Origin: Alphaproteobacteria bacterium
GTDB lineage: Bacteria; Pseudomonadota; Alphaproteobacteria; SHVP01
Direction of reading: 5' to 3'
Assembly: GCA_947473325.1 (NCBI GenBank)
Contig: CANJEJ010000005.1
Location: 1 to 60,590, forward strand
DNA length: 60,590 nt
Shown one piece after another: positions 37,576-46,548 of the stretch; within the stretch, counting starts at the first letter, position 1, and each line of letters opens with the position of its first letter. A model generated the notes under the pieces. The model made no database searches. It saw nothing but the letters and a program-made list of their open reading frames with translations, and was not told the DNA's origin. The position numbers and the translations under genes are program-made.

Positions 37576-38739
37576 GTGCGGTTTTCCTACACCCACCACA
37601 TGCCCTATACCGACATCAAATCCGCCGGCCAGGACTGGCCCGTTCCGAACAAGCAGTTCGATGCCGAGAAGGGCGCGCAAATGATGCGCACCTATATCGA
37701 CGACAAGATCTACGCCGAGGAAGTCGGCTTCGACTGGATCGCCTGCAACGAGCATCACATGAGCCCCTATGGGCTGATGCCGAACCCGAACCTGATCGGC
37801 TCGATCCTCGCGCACAACACCAAGCGGTCCGGCATCCTGATGTCGGGCAACATCGTGCCGATCGTGAACCCGATCCGCGTCGCCGAGGAATACGCGATGA
37901 TCGACGCGATCTCGGGCGGCCGCCTGATCGCCGGCTTCATGCGCGGCATCCCGCACGAATACGTCGCCTACAACTGCCCGCCGGACGAATCCTATGGCCG
38001 CATGTTCGAGGCGGTCGAACTCATCCGCAAGGCGTGGAGCGAGCCCGAGCCCTTCGGCTGGGAAGGCGAATACTACCAGTTCCGCGCCGTGTCGATCTGG
38101 CCGAAGCCGGTGCAGAAGGAAGTGCCGCTACTGATGTCGGTGTCGAGCGAGATGTCCTCGAAGCTCGCCGCGAAGCACAAGGCAATTGCCGGCGTGCTGG
38201 GCATTTCAAGCCTCGACGATGCGCGCAAGATCATGTCCCGCTTCCATGACGACGCAAGGGAATACGGCTGGACGCCGACGCCGCAGCATTTCATGGTCGG
38301 CATGAATTGCTGCATCGCGCCCACCTATGAAGAGGCCAAGGAAATCCTGAACAAGGGCCAGGAATATTTCTTCGGCGTGCTGGGCGGCGGCATCCGCACG
38401 GCCCAGAAGCTCGTCGTCAGCAAGACGCGCTACTACCACGACAAGGCGACGGCCGAGAAACAGTCACAGCGCTTCGTCAACAACCGCGGCGCCGGCCGCA
38501 TGGAGTCGAGCTTCGACGAGAAGGTGGAAACCGGCACGATCCTGTGCGGTACACCCGACATGGTCGTGAAGCAGATCGAGCGCCTGCACAAGGAACTTGG
38601 CCATGCCCGCATGGGCCTGTCGGTCAAGGTCGGCAACATCAGCGACGCGCATGTGACGCGAACGCTGAACTACCTGAAAGACCAGGTCTTCCCGGCCACC
38701 CGCCACCTCGGCGAAGGCACGCAGAAGGCCGCGGAGTAA
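37576..38739 (+). CDS. LLM-class (luciferase-like) flavin-dependent oxidoreductase
   Basis: AEEVGFD...NEHH, PIRVAEEYAMID.ISGGRL, GTPDMV; AAGGAGG RBS. Confidence 0.9.
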   Translation: MRFSYTHHMPYTDIKSAGQDWPVPNKQFDAEKGAQMMRTYIDDKIYAEEVGFDWIACNEHHMSPYGLMPNPNLIGSILAHNTKRSGILMSGNIVPIVNPIRVAEEYAMIDAISGGRLIAGFMRGIPHEYVAYNCPPDESYGRMFEAVELIRKAWSEPEPFGWEGEYYQFRAVSIWPKPVQKEVPLLMSVSSEMSSKLAAKHKAIAGVLGISSLDDARKIMSRFHDDAREYGWTPTPQHFMVGMNCCIAPTYEEAKEILNKGQEYFFGVLGGGIRTAQKLVVSKTRYYHDKATAEKQSQRFVNNRGAGRMESSFDEKVETGTILCGTPDMVVKQIERLHKELGHARMGLSVKVGNISDAHVTRTLNYLKDQVFPATRHLGEGTQKAAE

Positions 38740-38853
38740 CCACCCCCGGCGGCGGCGGGCCCAACGGGCCTTGCCGCCGAGTCCGGCGCGTGGGAAGGTG
38801 CAGCGCAACGGCGCGCTGGGGGGCCTGCGCCGCACCTCCGCGCGGCGCTGGGC

Positions 38854-40125
38854 ATGGACCGTAGCGAACTTCTCGACATCCTCCGCAAACATCGGGCTTT
38901 CGTCGAACGCCGGGCGGGCGAGGGTAAGCGCGCCAATCTCGCGCATGCGTCCCTGACGGGCCTGAAGCTGCCCGACGTGATGCTGGAAAGCGCGACGCTG
39001 ACAGGCGCGGACTTATCGCATTGCATCCTCACCGGGGCAAACCTGTCACAGGCGGACCTGTTCTGCGCCAACCTTGAATTCGCCGACCTGAGCCGCGCCA
39101 ACCTGGAGCGCGCCAACCTGCGCGGCGCCCGGCTGCAGGGGGCGAAGCTGGCCAACGCCAACCTCAAGCATGCCGACCTGCGCCCCGGCGTCATTCGGCA
39201 GGCCCAGAAGGACCGCCGCACCGACCTGTCGAAATCCAGCATCGATGGTGCCAACCTGGAAGAGGCCAAGCTGGACGGGGCCAACATGGCGGCGGCGTCG
39301 GCCAAGGGCGCGAATTTCCGCAAGGCCTCGCTCGAGGCCTGCGACCTGCGCGGCGCCGACCTGACCGGCGCCGACCTGTTCGGCGCCCAGCTGAAGAACG
39401 CCAATCTCGCCGGCGCCAACCTGGAAAATGCCATCCTGGTGCAGGCCCGCGTCCAGGGCGCCAACATGCGCGGCACCCTGATGATCAATGTCGACCTGCG
39501 CTCCGCCAATCTGAGCGATGCGATCATCATGCTGGGCGCCAATCGCCTGTCGGTGAACCTGCAGCGCGCGCTGCGCGAGCATGCCGTGTGGATCGAATCG
39601 AACGGCACCGACGGCACGCGCGCCGACCTGTCGGGCCAGGACCTGTCGGGCCGCGACCTGCGCGGGGCCTTCCTGTCCGGCGCCAGTCTGGCCGGCTGCA
39701 ACCTGGCCGACACCGACCTGTCGGACAGTCTGTTCGAGATGAGCGACCTGAGCGGCGCCAACCTGGCCAACGCCAATCTGCGCCGCGCGGTAATGGCGGG
39801 AGTCAACCTGCGCGGCGCCAACCTGCGCGGCGCCAAGCTCGCCGCCGCCAAGCTGGGCCCCATCGACCTGACCGATGCGGACGGGCAGAAGTCCGGCCAG
39901 GTCAAAGCTGCCGACCTGACCAATGCCGACCTCGAGGGTGCCGATCTCTATCGCACCGATTTGACCCAGGCCCTGCTCGAGGGGGCAAAAGTTGCCGGAA
40001 CGACGCTCGACAAGGCCAGTTCGGCCCCGGCAAAGACGGCCACGGGCGGGGCACCGGTGGCCGCCCAGCCGCCGGCGCCCACCGCCAAGACGGATACGGC
40101 AGCAGCCGGCAAGAAGCCCGGCTGA
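38854..40125 (+). CDS. Pentapeptide repeat protein
   Basis: Extensive A(D/N)LXX repeats in two modules, each opened by L..H..(F/W)...G..G.RA.L. Confidence 0.92.
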   Translation: MDRSELLDILRKHRAFVERRAGEGKRANLAHASLTGLKLPDVMLESATLTGADLSHCILTGANLSQADLFCANLEFADLSRANLERANLRGARLQGAKLANANLKHADLRPGVIRQAQKDRRTDLSKSSIDGANLEEAKLDGANMAAASAKGANFRKASLEACDLRGADLTGADLFGAQLKNANLAGANLENAILVQARVQGANMRGTLMINVDLRSANLSDAIIMLGANRLSVNLQRALREHAVWIESNGTDGTRADLSGQDLSGRDLRGAFLSGASLAGCNLADTDLSDSLFEMSDLSGANLANANLRRAVMAGVNLRGANLRGAKLAAAKLGPIDLTDADGQKSGQVKAADLTNADLEGADLYRTDLTQALLEGAKVAGTTLDKASSAPAKTATGGAPVAAQPPAPTAKTDTAAAGKKPG

Positions 40126-40256
40126 TCAACATCTGCTTGTAGCGGGCTGCGCGCTCGCCACCACCGGCTGAGGCCGGAGACCGCTTCCCCTGCCTGTCTG
40201 ACCCGTCCAGTTCGGCCACCGGCGCGGCCGTACCGCAAAACCGGCATCTGTTTTGC

Positions 40257-40273
40257 TTTACCGGCCATTAACC
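40257..40273 (+). promoter_or_regulatory. CtrA-like box upstream of flagellin
   Basis: TTTA-CCGGCCA-TTAACC versus the TTAA-N7-TTAA consensus. Confidence 0.5.
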
Positions 40274-40326
40274 AACGCGGGGGTAAACCGTGTTGGAGAG
40301 ACCGCAACCGCCTGGAGGCACTGGCT

Positions 40327-41151
40327 ATGGTGCAAGGACTTTCCATTCTGACGAACACGGGCGCTTTGACGGCGCTCGAGCAGCTGACGCGCACCAACAA
40401 GAAGCTGAACACGACGCAGCTGCGCATCACGACAGGCCTGAAGGTCACGGGTCCCAAGGACGACGCCGCCACCTATGCCATCGCGCAGCGCCTACGCGGC
40501 GACATCGCCGGCACCAACGCGGTGAAGATCGCGCTGTCGAACGGCGAAGCGACGGTGAACGTGGCGATTTCCGCCGGCAAGGCGATCGCCGACCTGCTGA
40601 CGGAAATGAAGGCCAAGATCGTGCAGGCCAACCAGGCCGGTCTCGACTCCGCCTCGCGCACGGCGCTCAACAACGATTTCAAGGCGTTGCGCGACCAGGT
40701 CGAATCGATCGTCGCCACGGCGGCTTTCAACGACAAGAACCTGATCGAGTTCAGCGCCACGAACCTTCTGGTGCTCTCGACCGTCGATGGCTCGACCATC
40801 ACGGTGAGCGCACAGAAATTCGACACCTCGACACTGACGCTGGCGACGCTCGACCTGCTGACCAGTGCCGGCGCCTCGACCGCCCTGAGCTCGATCGAAA
40901 CCGCGATCACGCGAGTGGCCGACGGCCTCGCCAACCTCGGTTCGGCGGCCAAGCGCATCGACGTCCAGACGGACTTCACCACCTCGCTGGTAAACATCCT
41001 GACGGAAGGCCTCGGCAACCTGGTCGACGCCGACCTGGCCGAAGAGAGCGCGAAACTCCAGTCGCTGCAGATCCAGCAGCAGCTTGGCGTCCAGTCACTC
41101 GCCATCGCCAACGCCGCGCCGCAGACGATCCTGTCGCTGTTCGGCGGCTAA
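40327..41151 (+). CDS. Flagellin (short, Caulobacter Flj-type)
   Basis: ILTNTGAL.AL, RITTGLKV..KDDAA, GLGNLVDADLAEESA.LQSLQ.QQQL, ILSLF. Confidence 0.95.
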   Translation: MVQGLSILTNTGALTALEQLTRTNKKLNTTQLRITTGLKVTGPKDDAATYAIAQRLRGDIAGTNAVKIALSNGEATVNVAISAGKAIADLLTEMKAKIVQANQAGLDSASRTALNNDFKALRDQVESIVATAAFNDKNLIEFSATNLLVLSTVDGSTITVSAQKFDTSTLTLATLDLLTSAGASTALSSIETAITRVADGLANLGSAAKRIDVQTDFTTSLVNILTEGLGNLVDADLAEESAKLQSLQIQQQLGVQSLAIANAAPQTILSLFGG

Positions 41152-41171
41152 AGTTAAGGGACGGGGGACAA

Positions 41172-41205
41172 AGAAAGCCGGCCGGGGCAACCCGGCCGGC
41201 TTTCT
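41172..41205. terminator. Bidirectional terminator hairpin
   Basis: AGAAAGCCGGCCGGG-GCAA-CCCGGCCGGCTTTCT between convergent genes. Confidence 0.75.
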
Positions 41206-41217
41206 GCTGTCCGTAGT

Positions 41218-42024
41218 TCAACCGGCGAGGGCGTGACCGATGCAGAGTACGGTACAGCCTTCGCCGCCCACGCCCTTCACCGTCAGTTTCGCCGGCGCGC
41301 GCCAGTCGAAATAGGCTCCCTTGCGCAGCGCGATGTCCGTGCTGCCGTCATTCAGTGTCATCGTGCCGTTGACAACGAACAGCCAGCGGCGGTGCTCGTC
41401 GGTGGTGAGCGCCTGGCCCGCCGCGCTGCCCATCGGCAGGTGCACCATTGTGACGGGATAGAAGCCCGGCGGCGCGCCGGTTTCGTTGCGCGACACCATC
41501 CGCTGCATCCAGCCCTTCACCTTCGGATGCGGCGCCCAGTCGAGCTTGTCGGTTTCGACAATGTTGGGGACCGTGAAGTCGCGGCCGTGGTTGTCGAAGT
41601 TGCCTTCGAATTCGAGATAGATGCTTTCCTTCAGGTCGGCTTCGAATTCACCGCCATCCGTGCTCCAGATCAGGAAGGTGCCGCCGGCTTCCGAGGTCTG
41701 GTGGCTGCCGCGGCCATGCACGCTGCGCGGCGGCCGGTCCATGAAATGGCCCTCGCGGAAGGTCACGTCCCAGCCCTTGGTGTCGGCCGCGCTCCTGAAC
41801 TCCCAGTCCGGCAGGTCGCCGCCCAGGAAATAGAAGGTTTCGCGCACGGTGCGGTGATAGCGCCGCACCGATTGCTCGGTCTTGCCCGGCTGGGCGAAGC
41901 GCAGGTGCACATAGCCTTCGGTCTGCGGATCGACATAGAGCACCTTGCGGATCGAGCCGCCGATGACATGGTCCTGCCAGGGCATCGAGGCGGTGTCGTG
42001 GTGCGTGTAGGGTTGCGTGGTCAT
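41218..42024 (-). CDS. Hypothetical tandem cupin-like (ChrR-like) protein
   Basis: Two D/ET..M/L.W...G..(R)K/M.L/V starts; YH...E.FYFLGGD and RPPRSVHG. Confidence 0.6.
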   Translation of the reverse strand: MTTQPYTHHDTASMPWQDHVIGGSIRKVLYVDPQTEGYVHLRFAQPGKTEQSVRRYHRTVRETFYFLGGDLPDWEFRSAADTKGWDVTFREGHFMDRPPRSVHGRGSHQTSEAGGTFLIWSTDGGEFEADLKESIYLEFEGNFDNHGRDFTVPNIVETDKLDWAPHPKVKGWMQRMVSRNETGAPPGFYPVTMVHLPMGSAAGQALTTDEHRRWLFVVNGTMTLNDGSTDIALRKGAYFDWRAPAKLTVKGVGGEGCTVLCIGHALAG

Positions 42025-42065
42025 CGTTCGGCGTCCTCCCGTTTGCGTGAAGGCTAGAACACCGC

Positions 42066-42096
42066 TTGACCATCCCCCAAGGGGAAATCCAAGAAT
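42066..42096 (+). promoter_or_regulatory. MerR/CueR-type promoter for copZ
   Basis: TTGACC-19 bp-AAGAAT with the dyad TCCCC-CAA-GGGGA in the long spacer. Confidence 0.65.
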
Positions 42097-42125
42097 GCCT
42101 GCCAATTACACCCCATGAGGCACCC

Positions 42126-42335
42126 ATGGCCAAAACCTATCGCGTCGACGGCATGTCCTGCGGCGGCTGTGTGAAATCGGTCAGCAACGCCATTGCGGCC
42201 AAGGACCCCAAGGCCCGCTTCACCGTCGACCTGCCGAGCGGCACGGTGCGGGTGGACAGCGACACGGCCGAGCCGCTGGTGATTGCCGCCATCACTGATG
42301 CCGGCTTCGACTTCAGGGGCGTCAGCGCCAGCTAG
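42126..42335 (+). CDS. copZ: Heavy-metal-associated domain copper chaperone
   Basis: GMSCGGC, ITDAGF. Confidence 0.88.
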   Translation: MAKTYRVDGMSCGGCVKSVSNAIAAKDPKARFTVDLPSGTVRVDSDTAEPLVIAAITDAGFDFRGVSAS

Positions 42336-42459
42336 AGCAACGAGCCCCTCACGTCGAACCAAAGGTTCGACCTGTGGGCACAAATTGCTCTGCTCTTTTT
42401 ACGATTCTAGAGCCGCGATCGACGATCAAGCGGGTTCACTTGATCGTCCGCTGCTCTGG
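42332..42459. repeat. Two tandem CTAG-ended palindromic intergenic elements
   Basis: CTAGAGCAA...GTCGAACC-AAA-GGTTCGAC...TTGCTCTG (42332-42392); CTAGAGC...GACGATCAAG-N8-CTTGATCGTC...GCTCTGG (42407-42459). Confidence 0.6.
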
Positions 42460-42534
42460 CGGGACTTGACCTGCGCCCTTGGAGGGCTGACATGGACAGG
42501 GCGGCTGATCAGCCGCCATTATTTGTGAGCTTCC

Positions 42535-43614
42535 ATGTCGCTGATTCCCGTTTCCGTACTCACCGGCTTCCTGGGCGCCGGCAAGACCACCCTGCTCAAC
42601 CGCCTGATGCAGCGGCCGGAACTGGCCAACACCGCCGTCATCATCAATGAGTTCGGCGAGATCGGCATCGACCACCTGCTGGTGGCGCGCAGCGACGAGA
42701 ATGTGGTCGAAATGGCCAGCGGCTGCCTGTGCTGCACCATCCGCGGCGACCTGATCGAAACCTTCGACGACCTGCTGGCCAGGCGCGACGCCGGCACCAT
42801 CAAGACCTTTGATCGCGTGGTGATTGAGACCACCGGCCTCGCCGACCCCGCGCCGATCCTGCACACGCTGATGAGCGACCCCAAGCTGTTCCGCCGCATT
42901 GCGCTCGACAGCGTCGTCACCATGGTGGACGCGGTGACGGGTGACGCCACGCTCGACCGCCATCCGGAGGCGGTAAAGCAGGCCGCGGTGGCCGACCGCA
43001 TCGTGCTGACCAAGACCGACCTGGCCCAGGACGCAATATCAAGGCGCGATGTCGAGAAGCTGAAGGCGCGGTTGCGGGCGCTGAATCCCGCGGCGCCGAT
43101 CCTGACCGCGGAGCGCGGCGCGGTGGACCCCGCCCGGCTGTTCGATGCCGGCGTCTATGACCCCACCACCAAGCATCCCGATGTGCTGGGCTGGCTGCAG
43201 GCCGAAGCCTATCTCGATCCGCATGGTCACCATCATCACGGGCACGGCGATCACGTTCACGCGCCCGGCCGGCCGGGCCAGGATGCGCATGACGTCAACC
43301 GCCACGACGCGCGCATCCGCGCCTATTGCGTCGTCCGTGACCAGCCGATCAGCGCCCAGGCCTTTAACCTGTTCGTCGAAATCCTGACCGCCAACGCGGG
43401 CGAGAACCTGCTGCGGGTGAAGGGCATCCTGAACCTGGCCGAGGCTCCGGGCACGCCGGTCATCGTGCACGGCGTGCAGCACCTGTTCCACCCGGTGGAA
43501 TTCCTGCAGGCCTGGCCGAGCGAGGACCACCGCAGCCGCCTCGTCTTCATCACCCGCGACATTCCGCGGGATCACATCGAGCGGCTGCTCGATGGCCTGA
43601 ACACGGCGGCCTAG
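42535..43614 (+). CDS. CobW/COG0523 metallochaperone GTPase
   Basis: GFLGAGKTT, NEFGE, GCLCC, ETTGLADP, His-rich linker, LLRVKG. Confidence 0.93.
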   Translation: MSLIPVSVLTGFLGAGKTTLLNRLMQRPELANTAVIINEFGEIGIDHLLVARSDENVVEMASGCLCCTIRGDLIETFDDLLARRDAGTIKTFDRVVIETTGLADPAPILHTLMSDPKLFRRIALDSVVTMVDAVTGDATLDRHPEAVKQAAVADRIVLTKTDLAQDAISRRDVEKLKARLRALNPAAPILTAERGAVDPARLFDAGVYDPTTKHPDVLGWLQAEAYLDPHGHHHHGHGDHVHAPGRPGQDAHDVNRHDARIRAYCVVRDQPISAQAFNLFVEILTANAGENLLRVKGILNLAEAPGTPVIVHGVQHLFHPVEFLQAWPSEDHRSRLVFITRDIPRDHIERLLDGLNTAA

Positions 43615-43623
43615 CGCGAGGCC

Positions 43624-44136
43624 TCAGCCGCGCCCGCGATAGGGCGAGACACCGGGGTCAGGAACATGGACGCCCCGCGGCGGCTCGCCGGTCTGGAAGA
43701 AGACGTCGATCGGAATGCCGCCCCGCGGGTAGAAGAAGGCGGCAATGCGCAGCCAGCGTGGCTTCAATTCTCCCACCAGCCGCTTCGCGATGCCCACCGT
43801 CACCGATTCATGAAAGCTCGCCTCGTTGCGGAAGCTGTGCATGTAGAGCTTCAGCGCCTTGCTTTCGACCAGCCAGCGATGGGGCACATAGTCGATGACG
43901 ATATGGGCAAAGTCGGGCTGGCCGGTCACCGGGCACAGACTGGTGAATTCCGGGCAGGTGAAGCGCACGACATAGGCGCTGTCCGGATCGGCGTTGGGGA
44001 TACGGTCGAGGACAGCGTCTTCCGGCCGGGCCGGCATTGCGGTCCTGCGGCCCAGCATCGTCAATTCGCCCGCGGGCTTGGCGGTCGTCCTGCGCCTGCC
44101 CGGCCTTGTCGTCGCCCCTGCCTTCCTGGCCGCCAT
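43624..44136 (-). CDS. queF: NADPH-dependent preQ0 (7-cyano-7-deazaguanine) reductase, type I
   Basis: [35 protein letters not shown]. Confidence 0.95.
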   Translation of the reverse strand: MAARKAGATTRPGRRRTTAKPAGELTMLGRRTAMPARPEDAVLDRIPNADPDSAYVVRFTCPEFTSLCPVTGQPDFAHIVIDYVPHRWLVESKALKLYMHSFRNEASFHESVTVGIAKRLVGELKPRWLRIAAFFYPRGGIPIDVFFQTGEPPRGVHVPDPGVSPYRGRG

Positions 44137-44218
44137 CGTCCCCTCCATGCAAAAGGGCCGGCGGTTGTCCGCCGGCCCCTGGTGCTGTCGTCGTCCGGCA
44201 GATGCCGGGTCGAAGATC

Positions 44219-44692
44219 TTACTTCGACACTTCTTCGACGATCTTGTCGTAATCCTTGTCCGACTGCATCGTGAGCTGGTCGAGTTCGACCTGGACGATG
44301 CGCAGGATGCGCGCGATGTAGTCCGCACGCCACTGCACGCGCCACTGCTCGACCGCTTCGGTCGGCTTGTAGCTTTCGATGTTGTCCGAGGTCGGGAACT
44401 TCTTCTTCTCGGCCAGGCGCTCATGCGTGTCGAGACGCTCGCGGATCACCGAGACTTCGCCGGTCAGCGCCATGATCATGGCGAGCAGCTTGTCGATGTT
44501 CGGATCGTCGAAGAAATAGGGGCGGCGGCCCTTTGCGGTGCGGATGCGCTTGATCTGCGGCGCCGCGGCCGGAGCGGCAGCCTTGGCCGCCGACTTCTTG
44601 GGGGCAGCCTTGCGGGCGGGTGCGGCCTTCGCCTTGGTGGTCTTTTTCGTGGCGGTCTTGGGCGCCGCTTTCTTTGCTTTCTTCATGGCCAT
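44219..44692 (-). CDS. Hypothetical protein with a Lys/Ala-rich N-terminal tail
   Basis: [12 protein letters not shown]... followed by [18 protein letters not shown]...[11 protein letters not shown]. Confidence 0.75.
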   Translation of the reverse strand: MAMKKAKKAAPKTATKKTTKAKAAPARKAAPKKSAAKAAAPAAAPQIKRIRTAKGRRPYFFDDPNIDKLLAMIMALTGEVSVIRERLDTHERLAEKKKFPTSDNIESYKPTEAVEQWRVQWRADYIARILRIVQVELDQLTMQSDKDYDKIVEEVSK

Positions 44693-44987
44693 GTGATGTG
44701 CCCTCTTTGATCGGTCGATTTGGACGGGTTCCCTGCCGGACCTGATAGGCAGTTTTTTCTTGATGATCCGGGCAAACTTTCAGCGTTCGGCCCGAAGCCT
44801 GTCAAGCCCGTATACACCGGCAAGGCGGTGAATCTTGCCGCATGCGGACAAAGGTTCGCCGAAGCCTACTTTCGTGGCGTTTCCGCCGCCGCACCGGGGG
44901 CAAATTCGCGCCTCGTCACGCAGCGCAGTTGACTCGCGATCTTGCATTCGCTCCTGTGTCGGGCCAGCCGTCGCGGGGAGCCGATTC

Positions 44988-45704
44988 ATGGCCGATTTCA
45001 AGGATCAAGTCGTTGTTGTTACCGGCGCGGCCGGCACGCTGGGCGGCGTGATCGCCGACGCCTTTCTGGCTGCGGGCGCCCGTCTCGTCCTGCCTGACTT
45101 CGCCGGCGACCGGCTCGAGGCGCGATTCGCCGCATTGCGCGGCAAGCCGGACCATGTGCTGGCGCCTGGCGCCGACCTGACCGATGCGCCCGGCGTCTTA
45201 CGCCTCATCGATGCGGCGGCGGTGACGCTCGGCGGCATTGACGTGGTCGTCAACACGGTGGGGGGTTTTCGCGGCGGCCAGCCGCTGCATGAAGCGCCGC
45301 TCGCCGACTGGGACGTGATGCTGCAGATGAACCTGCGCCCAACCGTGCTGGTGTGCCGCGCCGCCATCCCCCACCTGCTGCGCCGCGGCCGGGGCCGCAT
45401 CATCAATATCGGCGCCCGCCCCGGCGCCACGGGCGTCGGCGGCCTGTCGGCCTATGGCGCCAGCAAGGCGGCCGTCATCCGCCTGACCGAAAGCCTGTCG
45501 GAGGAGCTGAAGGACAAGGGCATCACCGCGAACAGTGTGCTGCCCAGCACCGTCGACACGCCCGACAACCGCGCCGCCATTCCGGACGCCGACCCGAAGC
45601 GCTGGGTGGAGCCCGCCGCCATTGCCGATCTCGTGCTGTTCCTGGCCGGCCACGGCGGCCGCGCCATCTCGGGCGCGGCGATCCCCGTCTACGGCCTCTC
45701 GTGA
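44988..45704 (+). CDS. SDR family oxidoreductase
   Basis: TGAAGTLG, YGASK, NSVLPSTVDTP.NR. Confidence 0.9.
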   Translation: MADFKDQVVVVTGAAGTLGGVIADAFLAAGARLVLPDFAGDRLEARFAALRGKPDHVLAPGADLTDAPGVLRLIDAAAVTLGGIDVVVNTVGGFRGGQPLHEAPLADWDVMLQMNLRPTVLVCRAAIPHLLRRGRGRIINIGARPGATGVGGLSAYGASKAAVIRLTESLSEELKDKGITANSVLPSTVDTPDNRAAIPDADPKRWVEPAAIADLVLFLAGHGGRAISGAAIPVYGLS

Positions 45705-45705
45705 G

Positions 45706-45766
45706 CTGGAGCCTTCACTTCGACTTCGGTCGAACCGAGGTTCGACTGAAGTCGAAATTGCTCTAG
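45706..45766. repeat. CTAG-ended palindromic intergenic element
   Basis: CTGGAGC...TTCGACTTCGGTCGAACC-GA-GGTTCGACTGAAGTCGAA-ATTGCTCTAG. Confidence 0.65.
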
Positions 45767-46341
45767 GGCTGCGCCACGCAGACGGCTTCGAGGACCGGCA
45801 GGCGCCAGGTCTCGGCGCGGGCCTTCCAGGCGTCGAAGGCCTTCTCGCCGGCCAGCGGCGCGAAGGAATAGCGGCCGAAACGCTGCACGCCGCGGATCGA
45901 GCGCTCGACGCTCCACTGTTCCACACCATCCGCCGGTGCATCGCCAGCGATGAGGACGATGCGCTCGCCCATCGGGGCATGGCCGCGTCCCCTGCGCTGC
46001 GCCAGATAGACATGGGCATTGACCGACAGGTCGTCGGCCTTCGGCCCCTGGCCCCAGAGATCGCGCCAGCCCGCGGTGAATTTCACCACGTCGGGATTCG
46101 TCCAGATGCGGTCCGCTGCTACCGTGTTTTCGATCAGCATGAAATCGAACCAGGCGAAGCCCGGCGACGCGCCTGCCTGCTGCACGACTTTCCAGTTCAT
46201 GTAGCGCACGATGCCCGGGACGCCATTGAAGAAGGGGTTGTCGACGCGGCGCAACCAGTCCTCATAGCCGCGCGCGACGGAATCGGCACGCGGCGTGTAG
46301 GTCAGGAGAATCATCGTTTCGGATTCGGCGGGCTGGACCAT
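45763..46341 (-). CDS. Hypothetical protein (dimeric alpha-beta barrel-like)
   Basis: YEDWLRRVDNPFFN.VPGI..Y.NWKV. Confidence 0.6.
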   Translation of the reverse strand: MVQPAESETMILLTYTPRADSVARGYEDWLRRVDNPFFNGVPGIVRYMNWKVVQQAGASPGFAWFDFMLIENTVAADRIWTNPDVVKFTAGWRDLWGQGPKADDLSVNAHVYLAQRRGRGHAPMGERIVLIAGDAPADGVEQWSVERSIRGVQRFGRYSFAPLAGEKAFDAWKARAETWRLPVLEAVCVAQP

Positions 46342-46548
46342 GAAGACTCCCAGAGTGCGGCAATGTGTGCGGCAACGATTGTAGCCGGGGTACGACCATG
46401 GGATAATGCACCTTGCCGGTTGGTGCACGCCACCAGGTAAGGCCCGGTTGCAGCCCCGATAACAGCCACCAAACGCCCGCCCTGCGGGAGTGTGTGTTTT
46501 GCCTGCGGATGATGTGCGTCCGCGTCAGTCTGGAGGTCGCCGCTTTTC

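Noticed and set aside
38854-40125. Qnr/MfpA quinolone-resistance call
   Set aside because: Length, two-module architecture and context differ from Qnr; pentapeptide repeats alone are not diagnostic.
43624-44136. Functional link between queF and the three-subunit NHase (deazapurine nitrile pathway)
   Set aside because: They are about 37 kb apart with no queC/D/E or toy-like genes; queF is ordinary housekeeping.
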